The notes beneath the pieces are model-generated. The model saw only the letters and a program-made list of their open reading frames with translations. It was not told the DNA's origin and searched no databases. DNA of 64,000 bases from Bacteroidota bacterium (GTDB lineage Bacteria > Bacteroidota > Bacteroidia > JABEUT01): positions 6,011-70,010 of the forward strand of contig JABDGY010000002.1 in the NCBI GenBank assembly GCA_013285805.1, in the 5' to 3' direction. The position numbers were made by a program, and so were the translations under genes. Below are positions 31,666 through 41,247 of the stretch, piece by piece; position 1 is the first letter of the stretch; the number at the start of each line of letters is the position of its first letter.

Positions 31666-33075
31666 ATGACCCCATTGACTGAGTGCAGAGGAATACCGCA
31701 GGTATTTCATAAATATTTCATAACCCGTATAAGGTTTGTGCTTATTGCATGTATTGCGGCACTATCATTACAGGCAAAGGCCCAGAACAAAACCACTACC
31801 GACACGGTTCCTTATTTAACCCTTGACCAGTGCATAGCTTATGCGCTGCAATACCAGCCACACGCAAAGCAAGCCCTTATAAATATTGATATTGCCCGGA
31901 AAACGAATGCCATAAATCTTGCCGGGTGGATGCCCCAGGTAAACTTAAGCGCAAATATTTATCATTATATCCAGCTCCCTACTTCACTTGTTACAAACCA
32001 ATCGAACCCCGACGGGCCACCTGTACCTGTAAAAGCGGGTGTTTCCAATACATCTACACCTCAGCTATCTGTTACCGAGGCCTTGTTCAGCCCAAACCTG
32101 CTATATTCAGCTGAAAGCGCCCATTTATTTGTGGAACAGGCAAAGCAAGCCAGCGACAGTAACCAGATAAACATTATTGCAGGCGTAAGCAAATCGTTTT
32201 ATAACTTGCTATTTAACCTGGAACAAATAACAGTTCTTATAGAAGACACAGCGCGCCTAGGTAAATCGGTAAGGGACGCTTACCACCAATATATAGGCGG
32301 TATTGTTGACAAAACAGATTACAAGGAAGCCATTATAACTCTTAATAACTCAAAGGCACAGCTAAAACAGGCCCAGGAAAATGTTATCCCTTTATATGCC
32401 CAGCTCCAGCAGGAAATGGGGTTTCCGCCTGAAAAAAAATTCAATGTGAATTTCGATACCGCTAAAATGATGAATGAAATAAAGGCCGACACTATACAGC
32501 AGCTTAAGTATGAAAACCGTATAGAATACCAGCTTCTTTCTACTTCGCAAAAACTGCAGCAACAAACCATAAATTATTATAAATATAATTTCCTGCCAAC
32601 CGTTTCAGCCTTTTATTTTTACAATTACGAATTTGAAAGTGACGATTTTTCATCATTATATTCCCAGGCTTATCCTTATTCATATATAGGAGCATCAATT
32701 AATATTCCTTTATTTACAGGCCTTGCGCGTTTGGAAGGCATACAAAGAGCAAAGCTACAGGGACAAATACTTGACCTTGATGCGGATAATCTTAAACTTA
32801 CCATTTATGCGGAATACACTTCTGCCCTCGCAAACTATAAAACCAACCTGTACGATTTAATGGCCTTACGGGAAAATGATGCGATGGCGAAAGACGTCTA
32901 CAATGTAGTTACGTTGCAATATAAACAGGGAATTGTAGCTTACCTGAATGTAATAACCGCTGAATCGAATTTAATCTCTTCCGAAATCAGTTATTTGAAT
33001 GCCCTCTTCCAGGTACTGTCGAGTAAGGTAGACCTGGAAAAAGCAATGGGTAATATAACACCATCAAAACATTGA
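31666..33075 (+). CDS. TolC-family outer-membrane efflux protein
   Basis: LTLDQCIAYAL, P.VNLSA, IPLFTG, YKQG.VAYLNV; TACTTTTG at 31636-31643. Confidence 0.93.
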   Translation: MTPLTECRGIPQVFHKYFITRIRFVLIACIAALSLQAKAQNKTTTDTVPYLTLDQCIAYALQYQPHAKQALINIDIARKTNAINLAGWMPQVNLSANIYHYIQLPTSLVTNQSNPDGPPVPVKAGVSNTSTPQLSVTEALFSPNLLYSAESAHLFVEQAKQASDSNQINIIAGVSKSFYNLLFNLEQITVLIEDTARLGKSVRDAYHQYIGGIVDKTDYKEAIITLNNSKAQLKQAQENVIPLYAQLQQEMGFPPEKKFNVNFDTAKMMNEIKADTIQQLKYENRIEYQLLSTSQKLQQQTINYYKYNFLPTVSAFYFYNYEFESDDFSSLYSQAYPYSYIGASINIPLFTGLARLEGIQRAKLQGQILDLDADNLKLTIYAEYTSALANYKTNLYDLMALRENDAMAKDVYNVVTLQYKQGIVAYLNVITAESNLISSEISYLNALFQVLSSKVDLEKAMGNITPSKH

Positions 33076-33093
33076 CGATTTAAAAAACCTCTT

Positions 33094-34314
33094 ATGAAAA
33101 TACCCCATATTACTTTGTTGACAGGTTGCACGTTATTGGTTTGCTGCAGCCGGCCACAGGCGCCTAAAACTCCCGCGGTACCGGTTAACCTGTTCACTGT
33201 AAAAGCGCAAACAGTTTTATACTACGACAAGTACCCGGCTAATACGGTAGCGCTGAACCAGGTTGATTTAAGGCCCGAGGTGCAAGGCTATATAACTGAT
33301 ATTACTTTTACCGAAGGAACACATGTTCATAAAGGCCAGGAATTATATAAAATTGACCAGCGCCTGTTCCAGGACGCGTATGACCAGGCAAAAGCTAACC
33401 TGGAAGTAGCAAAAGGAAACCAGACCATGACCCAGCAGGATGCCGACAGGTACACTTATTTAAATAGCCAGGATGCCGTTGCCAAACAAACACTCGACCA
33501 TGCTGTTATAGCTTTGGAGCAGGCGAAAAACTCGGTAAAGGCAGCTGAACAAGCATTGAAAATAGCTGAAACTAATTTAACATACTCTGTAATTTCTGCT
33601 CCGTTCGACGGAACCATAGGCATAAGCCAGGTACGTTTGGGCAATATGGTTAGTGTAGGACAAACTGTATTGAATACAATTTCTACAGATGACCCTATGG
33701 GCGTTGATTTCCTCATTTCTGAAAAACAATTACAGCATTTCGAAGAACTGAAAGATGCCAAGGCGCAACCTGTAGATTCGCTCTTTTCAATTATCCTTCC
33801 CAATAATTCAGTATATCCTTATATGGGGAAAATTTCCATAATCGACCGCGCTGTTGACCCGCAAACAGGCACTATACGTGTGAGGGTTGTATTTCCTAAC
33901 CCAGACTTTTCACTTAAACCGGGCTTGAGTTGCGTGCTGCGGGTACACAACCTGGATACCCAGCCTGAACTGGTTGTACCGAGCAAGGCAGTAGTGGAGC
34001 TTATGGGCGAATATTTTGTTTACGTGGCGAAAGACACTTTAGCACGCGACCCCAAGGACTCGACAAAAACAAACCCTGCAACTATAGCCATACAGAAAAA
34101 GGTACAATTGGGCCAGACCGTACCTCCTAACGTAATTATTAAAGGTGGCCTTGCTGAAGGAACCCGCATAGTCCTGGATGGTGTACAATCATTACATACC
34201 GGTACAATAATAAGTGTAGGCCCAAAACCTGACGGTGCCAAGGGAGGAAAAGATGGGATGAGTAGTGATGGCGGCTCGAGCAGGAAGGACAGCACTAAAA
34301 AAGGTACACTCTAA
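33094..34314 (+). CDS. RND periplasmic adaptor (MFP), lipoprotein
   Basis: VDLRPEVQGYI, I.APFDG.IG, VDPQTGTIRVR. Confidence 0.95.
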   Translation: MKIPHITLLTGCTLLVCCSRPQAPKTPAVPVNLFTVKAQTVLYYDKYPANTVALNQVDLRPEVQGYITDITFTEGTHVHKGQELYKIDQRLFQDAYDQAKANLEVAKGNQTMTQQDADRYTYLNSQDAVAKQTLDHAVIALEQAKNSVKAAEQALKIAETNLTYSVISAPFDGTIGISQVRLGNMVSVGQTVLNTISTDDPMGVDFLISEKQLQHFEELKDAKAQPVDSLFSIILPNNSVYPYMGKISIIDRAVDPQTGTIRVRVVFPNPDFSLKPGLSCVLRVHNLDTQPELVVPSKAVVELMGEYFVYVAKDTLARDPKDSTKTNPATIAIQKKVQLGQTVPPNVIIKGGLAEGTRIVLDGVQSLHTGTIISVGPKPDGAKGGKDGMSSDGGSSRKDSTKKGTL

Positions 34315-34343
34315 TTATTTTCTAAACAGGTTTTGCAACAGGC

Positions 34344-37300
34344 ATGATAGCAGATACATTCATCCGAAGGCCCGTTACCGCGATAGTCGTATCGCTGGTA
34401 TTAGCCATAATCGGTGCCATATGTATCCTTAGCCTTCCTGTTAATCAATATCCCGACATTACACCTCCGGTTGTACAGGTTACTGCTCAATATACCGGTG
34501 CCGATGCCCAGACTGTTGAACAGACAGTTACTACTCCTATAGAGGAGCAAATAAACGGAGCGCACGGCATGGAATACATGCAAAGTAATAGTGGCAATAA
34601 TGGCCTTATGACCATTAACACAACGTTTAAGGTTGGAACTAATATTGATATTGCGACACTCGACGTTCAAAACAGGGTAAGTATTGCCACACCTTTGTTG
34701 CCTGCGGCTGTAGCACGTTTAGGCCTTCCGGTTCGCGCACTTAATCCCAGCGCACTGATGCTCATTGCTCTTTATTCTCCCAAGGGTACTCACAACATCA
34801 CATTCCTTGATAATTACACCAACATATTTATTATGGATGCATTGTTGCGTGTACCCGGTGTGGGAGCTATTACAACCGGTGCCGATAATTTTAGTATGCG
34901 CGTATGGCTGAATCCGGATAAAATGGCCGATTATTCTTTGTCGCCAACCGATGTAATTAACGCTTTGAATGAGCAGAATCTCCAGGTAGCCGCAGGCTCT
35001 GCGGGTGTGCCCCCGCAACAAAAAGCTCAAACCTACGAATTGAGTATTCTTGTAAACGGGCGGTTGAGCAAAGTTTCTGATTTTGAAAATATAATTGTAA
35101 AAACCCTTCCTGATTCGGGCAAAATTGTTTACCTGAAAGATGTGGGAAGGGTTGAGTTGGGCAAATTCACATATTCCAGCAATTCCTATGTAGATGATAA
35201 ACGTGCATCTATACTTACCTTGTATCAAACTCCCGGCAGCAATGCACTGCAAACGGCTGCCGCAGTAATAAAAGAGCTTGATTTATTAAAACAATCATTC
35301 CCGTCAGATGTAGATTACAATATTCCTTTTGAAACGGTAACTGTAGTTAAAGTATCAATGCAGGAAGTTGTTGAAACACTTATTATAGCGCTTTGCCTTG
35401 TGGCATTTGTTGTATTCCTGTTCCTTCAAAACTGGCGCGCTACTTTAATCCCGGTTTTAGCCATACCCGTTTCTATCTTAGGCACATTCGCTTTCTTCAT
35501 TCCCTTAGGGTTCACCATTAATACACTTACCATGTTTGGTTTTGTGCTGGCTATTGGAATTGTGGTAGACGATGCCATTATTGTGGTGGAAGCGGTTCAG
35601 CATTATATCGATCATAAAAAAATGACGGTAAAAGAAGCTACTCATGCAGCGATGAAAGATATTTCTGCGCCTGTAGTGGCTATTGCACTTATTCTTGCAT
35701 CTGTATTCGTACCTGTGGGTTTCATACCAGGTATTGTAGGCCGCCTTTACCAGCAGTTTGCTATAACCATTGCGGTTTCAATAGTACTATCTGCTTTTAT
35801 AGCCCTTTCACTTACACCTGCCTTATGTACATTGTTGTTAAAGCCATATAAAATTGATGAGAAAGCTAAAGGGCTTAATAAGTTTTTCTTCAAGTTCAAT
35901 ACGTGGTTTGAATCTCTTACAAACAAATATTCTCACGGTGTGCAAAGAGGTATCCGTAAATCGAGATATGTAGTTATTCTTTTATTATGCATAGCTATAG
36001 CAACCTTTTTCCTTTTCGAGCACAAACCATCAGGGTTTATTCCAAACGAAGATAACGGGCTTGTTTATGTAACATTTGAATTACCGGAAGCATCGGCCAC
36101 TACACAATCAATTGATGTAATGACCAAATTAATGAACATAGTTTCTAAAACTCCGGGTGTAGAACATTACGCAGCGTTGGCAGGTTTCAATGTTATAACA
36201 GGTGCTACAAAATCAAACAGTGGGACGATATACCTTCAGCTTAAGCCCTGGGACGAGCGTAAGGAGACAAGCCAGCAAATACCCGACTTATTGGATACGT
36301 TAAGGGCCCGCATTAACAGGGCAAGGATCAACAATGCAAATATTGTAGTTATCCCACCTGCTCCAATTCCAGGAATTGGCCAAACTGCCGGTTTTAGTTT
36401 CCAGATAGAACAACGTAATACCAACGATGATGTTCAGGCATTTGAAACTGTGGTGAAGAATTTTGTGGCAGCAGCAAATAAAGACCCTGCCATTACAGGG
36501 GCATTCAGTTATTATTCTGCACATACCCCCAGTTATAACCTTACCGTTAACAGAGAGAAATGCAAAAAAATGGGGGTTAGCGTTTCTGATGTATTTACGG
36601 CCATACAGGTATATATGGGCAGTTATTACGTAAACGATTTCACTTTGTATAACCGTACATTCCACGTAGTGGTTCAGGCAGATACCATATATCGCAAAAT
36701 GATAACGAGTATGGATAAATATTACGTCCGTAACCAATCGGGACAAATGCTGCCATTAAGTACACTTATCAGTTATCAGCCCTCAGAAACAGCTCCTTTA
36801 TTATCTCATTTCGATATATTCCGTTCGGCTGAAGTGGATGGATCATCTCCCGAAGGCTATAGTAGCGGCCAGTCTATAGATGCATTGCAAAAGCTTGCAG
36901 ATAAAACACTGCCACAAGGTTATGGGTACGATTTTTCCGGATTGAGCTATGAGGAAATACAGGCCGGCACACTTACCATCTACATATTTTTATTTTCGCT
37001 TTTGTTTGTTTTTCTTTTCCTGGCGGCTCTCTATGAAAGCTGGTCGGTACCGTTTTCCGTATTGCTGGCTGTGCCTATCGGGGCTTTTGGTGCTATACTC
37101 ACGCTTATTTGTATTCCCAGCCTTACAGATAATGTATATGCGCAAATAGGGCTCATTACACTTATAGGGCTTGCCGCCAAAAACGCAATACTTATCGTAG
37201 AATATGCCAAAGTTCGTGTTGATAATGGTGAAGACCTTATTGAATCAACTATTGATGCGGTTAAGCTAAGGCTACGACCCATTGTAATGACCTCACTGGC

Positions 37301-37538
37301 ATTTATTTTGGGTGTAATGCCGCTAGTGTTTGCTTCAGGTGCCGGTGCAGTGGCACGCAGAACAATTGGTGTTACCGTACTTGGCGGAATGGTTGCAGCT
37401 TCATCAATTGCCATATTTATTGTTCCTGTACTTTTTGTAGTAATTGTAAAAATAGCTTATGGCAAAAAGGAACTCGAATACCTTGCCCAGCACCGTGATG
37501 AATTGACTGCAAAAGTAAACGAACAGAACCAGCACTAA
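34344..37538 (+). CDS. HAE1/AcrB-family RND efflux permease (copy 1)
   Basis: FIRRPV, QYP.I.PP, AIGIVVDDAI, GLAAKNAILIVE, RLRPIVMTS. Confidence 0.97.
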   Translation: MIADTFIRRPVTAIVVSLVLAIIGAICILSLPVNQYPDITPPVVQVTAQYTGADAQTVEQTVTTPIEEQINGAHGMEYMQSNSGNNGLMTINTTFKVGTNIDIATLDVQNRVSIATPLLPAAVARLGLPVRALNPSALMLIALYSPKGTHNITFLDNYTNIFIMDALLRVPGVGAITTGADNFSMRVWLNPDKMADYSLSPTDVINALNEQNLQVAAGSAGVPPQQKAQTYELSILVNGRLSKVSDFENIIVKTLPDSGKIVYLKDVGRVELGKFTYSSNSYVDDKRASILTLYQTPGSNALQTAAAVIKELDLLKQSFPSDVDYNIPFETVTVVKVSMQEVVETLIIALCLVAFVVFLFLQNWRATLIPVLAIPVSILGTFAFFIPLGFTINTLTMFGFVLAIGIVVDDAIIVVEAVQHYIDHKKMTVKEATHAAMKDISAPVVAIALILASVFVPVGFIPGIVGRLYQQFAITIAVSIVLSAFIALSLTPALCTLLLKPYKIDEKAKGLNKFFFKFNTWFESLTNKYSHGVQRGIRKSRYVVILLLCIAIATFFLFEHKPSGFIPNEDNGLVYVTFELPEASATTQSIDVMTKLMNIVSKTPGVEHYAALAGFNVITGATKSNSGTIYLQLKPWDERKETSQQIPDLLDTLRARINRARINNANIVVIPPAPIPGIGQTAGFSFQIEQRNTNDDVQAFETVVKNFVAAANKDPAITGAFSYYSAHTPSYNLTVNREKCKKMGVSVSDVFTAIQVYMGSYYVNDFTLYNRTFHVVVQADTIYRKMITSMDKYYVRNQSGQMLPLSTLISYQPSETAPLLSHFDIFRSAEVDGSSPEGYSSGQSIDALQKLADKTLPQGYGYDFSGLSYEEIQAGTLTIYIFLFSLLFVFLFLAALYESWSVPFSVLLAVPIGAFGAILTLICIPSLTDNVYAQIGLITLIGLAAKNAILIVEYAKVRVDNGEDLIESTIDAVKLRLRPIVMTSLAFILGVMPLVFASGAGAVARRTIGVTVLGGMVAASSIAIFIVPVLFVVIVKIAYGKKELEYLAQHRDELTAKVNEQNQH

Positions 37539-37539
37539 T

Positions 37540-40500
37540 ATGATTGCTGACGTATTCATCAGGCGACCTGTTACTGCAATAGTTATAGCTTTAGTAATAG
37601 CTATATTGGGTACAATCTGCATTTTTACTCTTCCTATTAACCAGTACCCCAACATTACTCCGCCGGGTGTTTCGGTTAGCACAACCTATACCGGTGCCGA
37701 TGCGCAAACAGTTGAGCAGAATGTGGCTATTCCTATGGAAGAGGCTATTAACGGGGTTAACGGAATGGAATACATAACCAGCAACAGTACCAGCACCGGC
37801 GCCTTATCTATAAGCACTACTTTTAAAGTTGGCACCAATGTTGATATTGCTGCACTTGATGTGCAAAACAGGGTAGGATTAGCCACCCCCATGTTGCCTA
37901 CGGCCGTAAGCCAGCTGGGTGTAACGGTACGTGCAAAAAACACAAGCGCTTTAATGTTGGTAGCCCTGTATTCGCCCAAGGGTACTCACAATATTACTTT
38001 TCTCGATAACTACAATACCATTTACGTAATGGATGCACTGCTCCGTGTACCGGGCGTCGGAGATGTTAGCAGCCGTGCCGATAATTTCAGCATGCGTATA
38101 TGGATGGACCCGGATAAAATGGCTTCATTTTCTTTAATGCCACAGGATATTAAAAATGCATTGGACGAACAGAATGTTGAAGTTGCTGCCGGTGCAGTTG
38201 GCTCTCCACCGCAAGACCCAAGCCAGGCGTATGAAATGACCGTTCTGGTAAACGGGCGATTAACTACAGTTTCTGACTTTGAAAATATTGTTGTAAAAAC
38301 AATACCCGCTACAGGCGAAATGGTTTACATGAAAGACGTTGCAAGGGTTGAGCTTGGTAAATTTACATTTTCAAGTAATTCTTTTGTAGATGGCAAACGT
38401 GCTTCTTTTTTGCAGGTTTTCCAGCTTCCGTCAAGCAATGCGCTTGATGTTGCCAATGGTGTATATGCGGCACTTGAGAAATTAAAAAAGACATTTCCTG
38501 AGGATGTGGATTATAAAGTGCCATTTGAGGCGGTTACTATTGTAAAGGTTTCAATGATGGAAGTGGTTAAGACACTTATTATTGCACTTTGCCTGGTGGC
38601 TTTTGTTGTGTTCCTGTTTCTTCAGAACTGGAGAACTACAATCATTCCGCTTTTGGCAATCCCTGTGTCTATCATTGGTACGTTTATCTTCTTTGTTCCC
38701 TTAGGGTTTACTATAAACACACTTACCATGTTTGGCTTTGTGCTGGCCATCGGTATTGTGGTTGATGATGCTATTATTGTGGTAGAGGCCGTACAGCACT
38801 ATATTGATGTGGAAAAGATGCCTGCAAAGGAAGCGACTATACATGCCATGAAAGACATAACGGGCCCGGTAATTGCTGTTGCGCTGATACTGGCCGCAGT
38901 ATTTGTTCCTGTAGCCTTTATACCCGGTATTGTTGGTCGCCTGTACCAGCAATTTGCTATTACAATAGCTGTATCAATCCTTATATCGGCCTTTACGGCC
39001 CTTTCTTTAACTCCTGCATTATGTACACTGCTCTTAAAGCCACACCACATTGACAAGAGCTCAAAAGGGCTTAATAAATTCTTTTATTTATTTAATTCGC
39101 GCTTCGAAAGATTTATTTACCGCTATTCAAATGGGGTAAAGCGTGGAATTCATAACTCCAAATATGTAATTGTACTTTTAGTTTGCATTGGAGTAGCTAC
39201 GTTTTTCCTGTTTAAAATCAAGCCTTCGGGTTTTATTCCTAATGAAGACTCGGGGCGCGTGCAGATTACCTATGAGCTGCCCGAAGCATCATCTACTACT
39301 CAGTCGGTTGAATTTATTACTAAATTAATGAAGGTGATTATGGAAACTCCTGGAGTAGGGCACTTTGGAGCCCTGTCTGGCCTTAATATAAGTAATGGCG
39401 CCGCAAAATCGAATAGCGGCACTATATTCTGCCAGCTTAAACCGTGGGATGAACGGAGTGACCCAAAGGAACAGGTAACAGGCACTACAACAGGAATAAT
39501 TGGTGAAATGTATAAGCGTATTGCAAAGGCCGATTTGAAAAACGGGAAAGTAACCATTATGCAACCGGCCCCTATTCCCGGTATTGGAATATCGGCGGGA
39601 TTCACTTTTATGATTGAGCAGCGAAATACAAATGACGATGTGCATGCATTTGAAACTGTTGTAAAGAAATTTGTAGCTGAGGCCAATAAGAATCCTGCTA
39701 TTTCAAAAGCTGTAAGCTATTACTCAGCACATACTCCCAGTTACGAACTTACAGTTGACAGGGAAAAATGCAAGAAAATGGGGGTAAATATTGCCGACGT
39801 ATTTTCTACTATCCAGGGATATATGGGCAGCGATTTTGTGAACAATTTCACCCTCTATAATCGTACTTTTCACGTAGTTATACAGGCCGATACCTTATAC
39901 CGCAGGTTTGTAACCGATATGGATAAATATTATATCCGGAATGATTCAGGAGCAATGCTGCCGCTGCGATCCCTGATTACTTATGTACCCATAGAAGCCG
40001 CGCCGGTTATATCGCATTTTAACATTTTCCGTTCAGCCGAAGTAGATGGTGGTTCACCGCAGGGTTACAGCAGCGGGCAAACCATGGATGCTTTGAAAGA
40101 TGTAGCAGCAAAAGTTCTGCCAAGGGGTTATGGCTACGAATGGTCAGGCTTAAGCTATGAGGAAATAGTTGCGGGTTCACAAACTATTTACATTTTTATG
40201 TTCTCGCTTATTTTTGTTTTTCTTTTCCTGGCGGCTCTCTATGAAAGCTGGTCGGTACCCTTTTCTGTTATGCTTTCAGTTCCTATAGGCGCATTCGGAG
40301 CTATACTTACACTTATATGCCTTCCATCGTTAAGCAACAATGTTTATGCACAGATAGGGCTTATAACGCTAATTGGCCTGGCAGCTAAAAATGCCATTCT
40401 TATTGTTGAATACGCTAAGGTAAGGGTAGACAATGGTGAGGAACTCATTCAGTCCACTATTGATGCAGTTTCATTGCGGTTACGCCCTATACTCATGACA

Positions 40501-40731
40501 TCTTTTGCATTTATTTTTGGCGTATTACCAATGGCGCTGGCAACAGGAGCCGGTGCTGTAGCAAGGCAAACTATAGGATTTACCGTATTAGGTGGAATGA
40601 TAGCTGCATCCTCTCTAGCTATCTTTATAGTGCCCGTTCTTTTTGTGGTTATAATTAAATTAGCCTATGGAAAGAAGAAGCTGGAATACCTGGCCTTACA
40701 CCGTAATGAGTCGACCAATAAGACTAAATAA
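37540..40731 (+). CDS. HAE1/AcrB-family RND efflux permease (copy 2)
   Basis: Same motifs as copy 1; starts 1 nt after the copy 1 stop. Confidence 0.97.
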   Translation: MIADVFIRRPVTAIVIALVIAILGTICIFTLPINQYPNITPPGVSVSTTYTGADAQTVEQNVAIPMEEAINGVNGMEYITSNSTSTGALSISTTFKVGTNVDIAALDVQNRVGLATPMLPTAVSQLGVTVRAKNTSALMLVALYSPKGTHNITFLDNYNTIYVMDALLRVPGVGDVSSRADNFSMRIWMDPDKMASFSLMPQDIKNALDEQNVEVAAGAVGSPPQDPSQAYEMTVLVNGRLTTVSDFENIVVKTIPATGEMVYMKDVARVELGKFTFSSNSFVDGKRASFLQVFQLPSSNALDVANGVYAALEKLKKTFPEDVDYKVPFEAVTIVKVSMMEVVKTLIIALCLVAFVVFLFLQNWRTTIIPLLAIPVSIIGTFIFFVPLGFTINTLTMFGFVLAIGIVVDDAIIVVEAVQHYIDVEKMPAKEATIHAMKDITGPVIAVALILAAVFVPVAFIPGIVGRLYQQFAITIAVSILISAFTALSLTPALCTLLLKPHHIDKSSKGLNKFFYLFNSRFERFIYRYSNGVKRGIHNSKYVIVLLVCIGVATFFLFKIKPSGFIPNEDSGRVQITYELPEASSTTQSVEFITKLMKVIMETPGVGHFGALSGLNISNGAAKSNSGTIFCQLKPWDERSDPKEQVTGTTTGIIGEMYKRIAKADLKNGKVTIMQPAPIPGIGISAGFTFMIEQRNTNDDVHAFETVVKKFVAEANKNPAISKAVSYYSAHTPSYELTVDREKCKKMGVNIADVFSTIQGYMGSDFVNNFTLYNRTFHVVIQADTLYRRFVTDMDKYYIRNDSGAMLPLRSLITYVPIEAAPVISHFNIFRSAEVDGGSPQGYSSGQTMDALKDVAAKVLPRGYGYEWSGLSYEEIVAGSQTIYIFMFSLIFVFLFLAALYESWSVPFSVMLSVPIGAFGAILTLICLPSLSNNVYAQIGLITLIGLAAKNAILIVEYAKVRVDNGEELIQSTIDAVSLRLRPILMTSFAFIFGVLPMALATGAGAVARQTIGFTVLGGMIAASSLAIFIVPVLFVVIIKLAYGKKKLEYLALHRNESTNKTK

Positions 40732-40735
40732 GAAC

Positions 40736-40987
40736 ATGAATAATAAGGGTAACGACAAACCTGATGATCCGGGTTCGGATACTGAGCCTGAACAAAAAAG
40801 GCCCAAATTCTGGGGTACTGTTTATATATTACTGGGTATGATAAGTCTTGCTTTTTCGGTCTACTCACTTATTAATAGTTTCGGTACTGTTCCATTGTAT
40901 GGCACGGTAACAGCCTCAGTACTCATCGGGGCACTCGGAATATTCCTGATTATATACGGCTACAGGATACTTAAAAGGGATTACTAA
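40736..40987 (+). CDS. small two-TM membrane protein
   Basis: ATG 40736, just after the RND stop; charged N-terminus followed by two hydrophobic helices. Confidence 0.6.
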   Translation: MNNKGNDKPDDPGSDTEPEQKRPKFWGTVYILLGMISLAFSVYSLINSFGTVPLYGTVTASVLIGALGIFLIIYGYRILKRDY

Positions 40988-41165
40988 TTCTGTCACAGCC
41001 CTGTCGTCAACTTACAATTGGCCTGACTACTATCTTCATATTAAACCTTCCGGATCAAATAAGTTTCTTATATGAATACGTTTTCAATGAATTGCTTTTA
41101 AATAATCCTGCTATCACAAAAAGATACTATCGTCTCTATTCATTAATACTCAACTAGCTTAAATA

Positions 41166-41197
41166 AGAAAGCCCCCCGAATACTCGGGGGGCTTTCT
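41166..41197. terminator. intrinsic terminator (bidirectional)
   Basis: AGAAAGCCCCCCGA-ATAC-TCGGGGGGCTTTCT. Confidence 0.88.
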
Positions 41198-41247
41198 GTT
41201 TTTACTTATGACGATATTATTTTTTCATAATACCAATCACTGGCATA

